From Candidatus Altimarinota bacterium (GTDB lineage: Bacteria; Patescibacteriota; Gracilibacteria; BD1-5; UBA2023): a stretch of 64,000 nt of DNA. Positions 56,372 through 64,000 of this stretch are shown in pieces. Every line of letters starts with the position of its first letter. Positions within the stretch are counted from its first letter, which is position 1. The position numbers and the translations under genes are program-made. The stretch is from assembly GCA_043770315.1 (NCBI GenBank), contig JAYVIJ010000040.1, positions 2,872 to 66,871 of the forward strand, in the 5' to 3' direction. A model generated the notes under the pieces. That model saw nothing but the letters and a program-made list of their open reading frames with translations. It searched no databases and was not told where the DNA came from.

Positions 56372-56848
56372 ATGATGATCCTCGGTATCGATCCATGACT
56401 CGCGACTGTCTGATTTGCTCTTCTTGAAAAAGAAGGGAAGAGTCTCCGTATCATCGAATATTGAGTGATAGAAACAAAGCCAGGAATGATATTTTCTGAG
56501 AGACTTGTTCAGATTAGTAACGACTTACGAGAACTTATTGATACATACCGCCCGACTATATGTGGAATTGAGCGACTTTTTTTTCTTCGAAATGTCACCA
56601 ATGGTATCGATGTCGCCCAAGCTCGATGAGTGATCGTTCATACACTTGCGAGTGTAGGCATATCGATCATAGAGTTTACTCCATTGCAGGTAAAGCAGGG
56701 AATAGCAGGTAATGGCTTTGCCAAAAAACCACAAGTACAAAAATCGCTTCAGATGCTTCTGAAGCTACCCGAGATCCCAAAACCAGATGATGCAGCAGAT
56801 GCTCTGGCAATAGCATATCTTACGAGTCTCAAGATCCAATCATTGTAG
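56372..56848 (+). CDS. ruvC: Crossover junction endodeoxyribonuclease RuvC
   Basis: MMILGIDP-G(TGA 56396-56398)-LATV-G-FALLE..., PTICGIERLFF, and ..KPDDAADALAIAYL. It includes track ORF 56630..56848. Confidence 0.9.
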
Positions 56849-56935
56849 TCATAATCAGATATTTCCATATAAATTCGCTTGCCATTGGTTCTTGAATCTA
56901 TACAATCCTAGTAACGATATTGTTATACATTCACT

Positions 56936-57706
56936 ATGGGAATTCTTTCTTCACTTGCAGCGACATTCTGAGTTACAGAATTTGATGTAGCTATTATCGG
57001 ATTTATCATTCTTGCATCGATGGTTCTCTATTATTTTATTTCTCTTCATAGGATATTTGAGGCGGCTTTCGGTGCTATTATCGGACTTGGGATTTATGTT
57101 CTTCTTTCTGTCCTGCTTATCGGGAATCCTCCACTCTGAACTGAGTGAGGACTTTTTCCTCTTGGATTTTCTGTATTTCTTGTGAGTATATCAGTATATC
57201 TCATATTTGCTCTTGCTATCTTATTTCCACTTCATGGTGGACTTGTTATCACTGAGCCGACACAGCCGACACTCTATACGATTCTTTATTTCTTCGTAAG
57301 TTTTTTTCTTCTTTTTGCTCTTGCTACAGTGGGAGTCTACATGATCGAACAGAGTTACGTCTTCCGTGTCGGAAATCTTCTCACTTGGATACGTGATACA
57401 TGATGATACTCCGTACTGAAAAGTTCTTGGTTTTACGGATATACGATGAGTCATCAGTATCTTATACTTCCACTTGGAGTTGTGCTTATGCTTTATAAGC
57501 TTCTCCTTTCGAATCTCATAAATGCGGCTCTCCTTTCCATATGGTACAATCTTGCGAACGTATGATTCTACCGATCCAAAGATGAATCGAGCTATCGTGT
57601 CGAATTCCATGAGGTTGGTGGACATGGCGCTGGTCATGATGATCATGGTCATGATGACGGACATGGCGCTGGTCATGATGATCATGGGAAATGATGACAC
57701 CACTAG
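56936..57706 (+). CDS. Polytopic membrane protein with a His/Asp/Gly-rich C-terminal tail
   Basis: The frame includes 57182..57403 and has about six TM helices. The tail is HEVGGHGAGHDDHGHDDGHGAGHDDHGK-G-G-HH, ending at TAG 57704-57706. Confidence 0.6.
57620..57687 (+). repeat. Exact 29-nt direct repeat (period 39 nt) inside the His-rich tail coding region
   Basis: ggacatggcgctggtcatgatgatcatgg occurs at 57620-57648 and again at 57659-57687. Confidence 0.9.
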
Positions 57707-57732
57707 TCTCGATATCTTAATCAAATTACTCT

Positions 57733-58662
57733 ATGGCAGATATGCGTTTTGAGGAGAAAATCCTCTATAAATGTCGACAACATTGGATTATCCCCGCTAT
57801 TCAATCAATAAAACTTCTTTTTATCATTATCATCCCGATGACGATAATACTTTGGTTTATTACCAATTATTCTCTCTGGATGACTTTAGTATGATTTATC
57901 ATACTTTGTATACTTATACTTGGATATGAGCATTATCTTTGGCATCATTCATGGCTATTTATCTGAAATCAAAAAGTGACACTTTCTGTCAGAAATGGTA
58001 TATTTTCTCAATATGCCATGAATATCAGATATCGAAATATACGAGATAGTGCTGTAAGTAAGAATAGTATGATCGGTTTTTTTCTAAAATATGGAACACT
58101 TTTTATTCGTTCGACGAATTCTGAGTGAGATTTCATAGCAAAATTTGTTCCAAAAGTAGGGAAAATATACGCACTTATCAATGCCCTTTCACGCTATAGT
58201 GATGATGAGCGAACTCATATTGACAGTATCGAAAAACTCCATGCCTATCATACAAAACAAGAGTTTACTCCTCCTTTAAAAAATACTTCTATGACGGTAG
58301 AGGATGCTATTGAGGTACTGAAAAATACCCCATGAGTTGTAGATGTGATCGAACTTTCTCTTGATTCTTGTGAATATATAAAACTTCATGAAGAACACAG
58401 AAACCATGGAGTTCTTGAATCAATACATCATAAAAATGTGATTTGTTTCTTGCATAATAGTGACTGGAGAAATTCTCCTGAAGAGATTATCTCTAAGGAC
58501 CGTTTTTGACATACTATTTTTCCTAGCGTATCATTTCCAGAAATTACTGGAAAATGAGTTGTTTCAGGTTCTCCTTCAAAAGAACTTCATCAATATCTTC
58601 TTCAATTTTTTCCTTATGCTTCACCTGATGATGCTACTGTTATTGTAGGATGGGATTTGTAA
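57733..58662 (+). CDS. Membrane protein with a bPH (YdbS/YdbT-like) domain and a C-terminal soluble domain
   Basis: The frame was walked end to end with five TGAs. Features: FEEKILYKCRQHWIIP, two TM helices, and VTLSVRNGIFSQYAMNIRYRNIRDSAVSKNSMIGFFLKYGTLFI. Confidence 0.6.
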
Positions 58663-58672
58663 AAAATTATAT

Positions 58673-59689
58673 ATGAGAATACTCATCTACTTTTTTTCAT
58701 TTTTCTTGCTTACTGCTTGTACGGGGGAATATTGGGATCATATAAAGAGAGAGCATGCCGATATAGTATCTGCATCTGGATCTATTTGAAGTGTCTCGGG
58801 TGTATTATATTCTTTACCTGATAAGAAGGTTTTGGAAGATCTCATTAGGACTCTTGCGGGTGCAAAGTCACGTATATGGCTTGAAACGTATACTTGGACA
58901 GAAAAAGAAACCTTAGAGGCAATCATCCAAGCAAAAAAAAGATGAGTTGATGTTCGTGTCGTCCTTGAGGGGAATGTATATCGTACTCCATGGATCAATA
59001 ATAGCTCAATAAAGCAACTTCAAGATGCAGGTATAGATTTTTCTTATGCTGATAATCATCGATATACCTTCACTCATATAAAAACTTGGGTTATCGATGA
59101 TAGATGGTGTATAAGTACAGGAAATTGGTCATTTACGAGTTTTACAAAGAATCGCGAGTTTATCTATTGTAGTTTTGATGTATCTCTTTTGCATGATATT
59201 GAAGAAATTATCCAGTCAGACTTTAAGCATGAGCGTCCATATTTCCCAGATGGCCTTGATTCGCGCATTGGTCTTTCCCCTGAGAATATTCGTCCTTGGC
59301 TTATCTCACATATTCAGAAAGCTAAAAATGATATTATCGTATATAACCAAAGTATTACTGATCAAGAGATTCTTACACTTCTCAAAGAGAAAGCTGATAG
59401 ATGAATCATCGTAAAACTTTGCCAAGCAGATCATGAGGATGAAGAGTCAAAAACTGGAGAACTTATTTTTCCCAAGAATATTGAGATAAAGACGAGCAAA
59501 AAGCCCTATCTTCATGCGAAAGTATTTCTTATAGATGGTGCGAAAGTGATTCTTTGAAGTGCTAATATGACACAAAATGCTCTTGAAAATAACAGGGAAA
59601 TTCTCATAAATTTAGGAGAAAATAAAGAATTTTATGAAACTATTTTTTCTTTCTACGACAAAGACTGCTATTCGTCATCTGGAAAGTAA
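58673..59689 (+). CDS. Phospholipase D superfamily lipoprotein (two HKD motifs)
   Basis: Lipobox FFLLTAC. HKD motif 1 is FTHIKTWVIDDRWCISTGNW. HKD motif 2 is YLHAKVFLIDGAKVIL-G-SANM. The frame includes 59189..59404. Confidence 0.85.
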
Positions 59690-59742
59690 AAAAATGGGGG
59701 GCATTATTTGCAAAAATCATCTATTTCTGATATCATCTTCCA

Positions 59743-62067
59743 ATGAATCGCATATTCTATAATACACTTATATTCATCTGTGCCCTATTTGTAGGGGGCG
59801 TAGTAGTAGTTTTTTCTATACGACCAGGTATTGCTGAGGTAAAACCACTAGTAGGATCAAATGAAAAAGTATGGAGTGAGGTTATTCTTACTAAAACAGA
59901 GTCAAATGTCTATAAAATAAAAGAAGATATAGTAGATATAACTACCGTAAAGGTCTCACAAAATACTCCAATGCTCGTTGATTTTGGTCGACTAAGTTCT
60001 TTTTTATACCTAGCACCACTTGGCTCCCATGAATGAGTACTTACACAAAGTGGCGCAACTGGTATTGTGATTGGAGATGCACCCGGAATAGTATCACTCT
60101 ATGATCTTTTTCTCTCCTATACTGTTTATGATAACAAAAATAATTTTCGTATCGAGCAAATTACAAATGGAAGTTTTTATATTGGAAAAGAAGAAGATGG
60201 AAAAGTTGCAATCTATGCTATTGACTCAGCAATACGGCTAACCCTGATCAGTCAAGGTAAGGATATGACCAATCTTATGTTGTTTCCAGGTTCATATATA
60301 CGATTTGATACATCACGAAATCGTTCTTTGAACAATGCTGATTTATTCCGGACAATTCTTTCTCTCAAAGATACTGATGGTGAGGTTTTTGAATTCGTAA
60401 ATCCACGGGTGAATATCGGAGATGAACAAGATACTTTCTTTAATTATCGACTTCCAAATTCATCTATAAGACTCTTTCGTATTCTTTCGGCTCAGTTCAA
60501 ACAGGATGTAGAGGCAAAAAATAATCTCCGACAAAAATATGCAGTTTATGGCTACAACGATACTATTGTAGAAAGTCAGTGGCTTTTTAATCCAAGCAAA
60601 AAAAATCATAACATGCTTGTCGAGCTTGGATCACTTCTTGCGAAAGCATTAAATGCGAATACGAATTCCGATGCAGTTATAGGAAAAATTGGAAAAATTT
60701 ATGCTGAAGCTACAGCTCTACATATGCAAGATTCTACAGCAAAATCACTTGTTGAGCAATTTCTTCTCGACGGTCGATTTGCTCAGTATGGATGATCTGT
60801 AAATACTAAGTACAAAGAGACCTATGAAGGTATAGCAGCGATAATCGGTATCAAACGTACTGATGCTCGGTGAGAGCTTTTTCAGAATCTTGCAGATATT
60901 TATTCACGAAATCTTTTTAACCAAAAGAGTACCGATCAAGCGAGATCGATTGATACGTATGGTCCAACCGCGAATGAACTTGTAAAAACTCTCGATAGAA
61001 ATGAGATTCCTCAAAAAGATTATTTTGACATTGCAATATATGCATTTAATATTCTGAAAAAAATGGAAGAGAAAAGTCAAGTTCTCCAACAAGGTACAAT
61101 GGAAGAGGTATCGACTTATACCTATTTTACTACGTTCTTCCGGGCTTCAAATAAGTATATAGAATCAATAACAGATCTACAAAAAAAGGAAGATACTATT
61201 ATGAGTTTTTCTCGACAATTCTATGATTCTATACTGACACTTTTAGTAAATTCTCTTTATAATTCTTATGTTGTAGCTGAAGATGGTGGTTTATTTCTCG
61301 ACCCAAACTATAGAGAAGTATCGAAAGTAAAAATTCCTGATGATATTATAGAAAGCATCAAAAATTTAAATGCTACAGTAGAGATAATTGCACCATCGAT
61401 ACAAAAGGTGCTATCAAATTCCTGAGATAATGATACTGATGCAGATGCATATGTTCGTATTAATTCTAATATTGTAAGACTCAATGCTTTTGTCACTATG
61501 ATTGATCCAGAAACATATAAAGATTATATAAAAACACCATATAAAATAAATTCAGAATCTGGTGAAATACAATTTCCTCTTATCGATGCTGATACCAATC
61601 TTGTAGTTCGTCTTGATTCAAAAACAGTAGAAAAAATAAAAAATATAAAAACTTTAGCTATAGATCCACGAATCCAAGAGCTTAAAAAAATATGGCCAGA
61701 TTCAGATGCTTCCTCACTTTCTATAGAATGAAATAATATTCGTATAGAAAAAGCTCCTTATAAAATAGGTCGCTCAGGAAATGGTACCTCAAGCATATCA
61801 ATGTCAGCGCTCTATAAAGATAAGACACTTACTGATAATGTTATACACTATGGTGATTATATCATTCGAGTAGTCACAGAAACCAATAAACCATTATCTC
61901 TATCAGAATACAAATGACTTCTCCTCGACCTTGAATCGTATCTTGATTTTATCGATACAGAGGTTACAGCTCAAAATCGTGAAGTTGGAGAAATGAGAAT
62001 ATTTCCGACGAAATACCGTATTAACATAGGAGATAGTATCTATCCAGTTTCTATAAAGAGTCGTTAA
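59743..62067 (+). CDS. Large N-terminally anchored orphan envelope protein (774 aa)
   Basis: Track ORFs 59743, 60067, 61063 and 61498 share frame 1. All gaps were walked and the stop is TAA 62065-62067. There is one N-terminal TM and I recognise no domain. Confidence 0.75.
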
Positions 62068-62717
62068 TTCTTTATATTGTCTTTTTTCCAAGCTTGAATC
62101 TTTTTTTGATCCCCACTTAAAAGTATGGAAGGTACAGATTTCCCTTCGAAATTTTCTGGGCGAGAATACTGTGGATACTCTTTTTTTCCTTGGAGTGCAT
62201 ATGAGAATGATTCTTCTTTGAGAGACTCTAGAGAAAGAACTCATGGAAGCAGACGAACTACGCTATCGATCCATACCAGGGATGCAAGTTCTCCGCTCGA
62301 AACCACATATTCACCTATAGAAATTTCTTCGATCGGGAAGAGATCAAATATGCGTTGATCTATACCTTCGTAGTGACCACATATAATACAGTATTGAGTA
62401 TCATCTTGAGCATATTCTCAAGCTTTTTTTTGAGTGAGTATATCCCCGCGTGGTGATACATAGAGAAGTTTCATATTTCCATATTTTGCTCTGAGTGCTC
62501 GAAGAGCAAGTGTGAGAGGTTCTACAGTAATGATAGTACCTGCTCATCCTCCATAAGGCCTATCATCCACTCGTCTTGTGTTGCGTACGGTCCAATCAGT
62601 GAGATTATGAATATCATAACGAAAGAGCCCCTTTTCTTGGGCTCTTTTCATTATACTGCTTTCGAGATATCATTTCATACTCTCTGGAAAAAGGGAGAGT
62701 ATATGTACGTGCAGCAT
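62064..62717 (-). CDS. trmD: tRNA (guanine37-N1)-methyltransferase TrmD
   Basis: [19 protein letters not shown](TGA 62544-62546)-[34 protein letters not shown], and PQYSRPENF. It is 654 nt, in frame, and absent from the standard-code track. Confidence 0.92.
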
Positions 62718-62721
62718 AGTA

Positions 62722-63645
62722 TTATTTTATATCGAGGACTTCTACTTCAAAATAGAGAGTCTTTCCAGCAAGAGGATGAGAGTTTGGTATATCAACTTCT
62801 ACCGTCTCGCCACTGATAGCAAGGATTTTTATATTTCCTGGAGATGGTTGTCCATTGGAAGCTGGGATAGGCGCTATAGCTCATACTACAAAAGGCTTAC
62901 CAGAGAAAGGACTTTCCTCATTTTTTATAAGTACGGTAACCGTCTTATCTGTCAGTGCCTTAAGAGTGAAAGTGATTTTCTCTTTTTTTGCTACAGCACC
63001 AACTTCAAGCTTTTTTCCATAAAATGGGTTTTCTTTATTGTCTATGAGAAGTGTGACGTTCTCCCCATCGATTTTTGTTACTTTTGCCGTGACATTTGCT
63101 CCACCTGTAAGGGTCTGACCCTCTACAAGTGATTTTCCTTGTTCACCGAGGAGACTTTTTTGAACAGTCTGGACTGAGGTATCTTCGAATTGAGCTCTAT
63201 CAGTGGTGATAGTGAACTCTGGAGAAACCTCACTTTCTCGTACAGTTCTTTTCATACTAGCTTCACCATAGCCATCTATTGGGAGTACTTCTATAGTCTT
63301 TTTTTCTCCTTTACTCATACTCGCTATACCACGCTCAAAACCTGGTATGACGCTATTCGTACCGAGAGTCACTTCAAATGGTGCATAAGTGGCACCACTT
63401 TTATAGAGATTATTTGCTTTTGCTACATCCTCTTTTGTAGTTTCGAGAATTTTTCCATCAGCGGCACCTTCTCTCAGTGTGTAATTGAGTGATACAGTAG
63501 GATTCTGCATTTTCGGAGTTTCTATGGTAGCAGCAGTACTCGTTACGGGAGTAGTAGGAGTTGCTGTCGGAGCTGGAGTTCCTGGTTGGCTACGATTGCA
63601 TGATGCAAGAATAAGAAGAGAGAGGATAAGGATATACTTATACAT
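62722..63645 (-). CDS. FKBP-type peptidyl-prolyl isomerase lipoprotein (SlyD-like insert-in-flap architecture)
   Basis: Lipobox LILASC. Track ORF 62881..63645 continues through one TGA to ..SHPLAGKTLYFEVEVLDIK and TAA 62722-62724. GFERGIASMSKGEKKTIEVLPIDGYG is FKBP-like. The gene ends 4 nt before trmD. Confidence 0.85.
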
Positions 63646-63689
63646 AAGAGTTTTAAATAAAAAAATACCATTTTAGTATATAAAAAATC

Positions 63690-64000
63690 CTATTTTTTCA
63701 ATCCCATAATTGCTAGCTCTATGTCAAATATACGTCATAATTCAGGATCTTTTCTTCATTTTCCGCTTCTATATGCGATAGTGAGTCAAAGTACTTTTTC
63801 ATAAAAATGAAAGAGATCAGTATAGTTTATACGTGATTCATAGGATTTTTGTATCACAAATGCATGAGCTGAAATCATATTTCCTATCTGACTCTGATTT
63901 TTTCAGAGACTTTTATAATATTTTACGTAGACACTTGTACGAATAAGTCAGAGAAAACTTGCGAGAAATGCATGTATATTCATTCCTTCCAGGAGAGTAT
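63690..64000 (-). CDS. Hypothetical protein, C-terminal fragment (gene continues beyond the window end)
   Basis: A minus-strand frame is open from the window edge to TAG 63690-63692 through five TGAs. I recognise no family. Confidence 0.4.

Noticed and set aside
1-64000. Fragmented ORFs as evidence of massive pseudogenisation or sequencing frameshifts.
   Set aside because: Fragments of each gene stay in one frame, are separated by single TGA codons only, never contain TAA/TAG, and the TGAs align with conserved glycines. Decay or indel errors would shift frames and introduce all three stop codons.
1-64000. TGA read as Trp (table 4, Mollicutes-like) or as selenocysteine.
   Set aside because: TGAs sit at invariant Gly positions (PGVY, RGGSTITxQ, GIDPG, RPYGGG, DGGKGQL), while conserved Trp residues use TGG. 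There are hundreds of TGAs, far too many for Sec, and I noticed no SECIS-like context.
1-64000. Prophage, integrative element or transposon content.
   Set aside because: No integrase, transposase, recombinase, capsid or terminase-like translation appears in any frame under table 25. There are no long direct or inverted repeats flanking a block. Gene content is housekeeping plus envelope functions.

Overview
This is an AT-rich, very gene-dense 64-kb chromosomal segment that only makes sense if TGA is read as glycine. That is translation table 25, the code known from Candidatus Gracilibacteria/BD1-5 and Absconditabacteria/SR1 (Patescibacteria/CPR). Under the standard code, almost every conserved gene in the ORF track is split into same-frame pieces separated only by TGA. 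Re-reading by hand with TGA=Gly gives about 60 uninterrupted CDSs that end only in TAA or TAG. They cover roughly 94% of the window by my tally of the intervals listed. Housekeeping genes include mutY, nrdR, uvrC, tsaD, smpB, rplJ-rplL, rlmE, alaS, ruvC, trmD, a class A PBP, a mini DnaJ, a DnaQ-like exonuclease, PMM/PGM and PepF. A 1967-aa thioester-containing alpha-2-macroglobulin sits close to an ITIH-like VIT-VWA membrane protein. A same-strand ~11-kb envelope/lipid locus has at its core an Aas-like acyltransferase-ACP-acyl-ACP-synthetase fusion. That fusion is followed by its own PPTase, a YiiX-like hydrolase, an alpha/beta hydrolase and an LplT-sized MFS transporter. I interpret this locus as a candidate host-lipid scavenging and re-acylation system; it is the most interesting thing in the window. 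There are also many secreted or membrane hydrolases and orphan envelope proteins. I found no rRNA, tRNA, CRISPR array, transposase, integrase or prophage signature. All boundaries of TGA-containing genes come from manual frame-walking and motif recognition, not from database searches.
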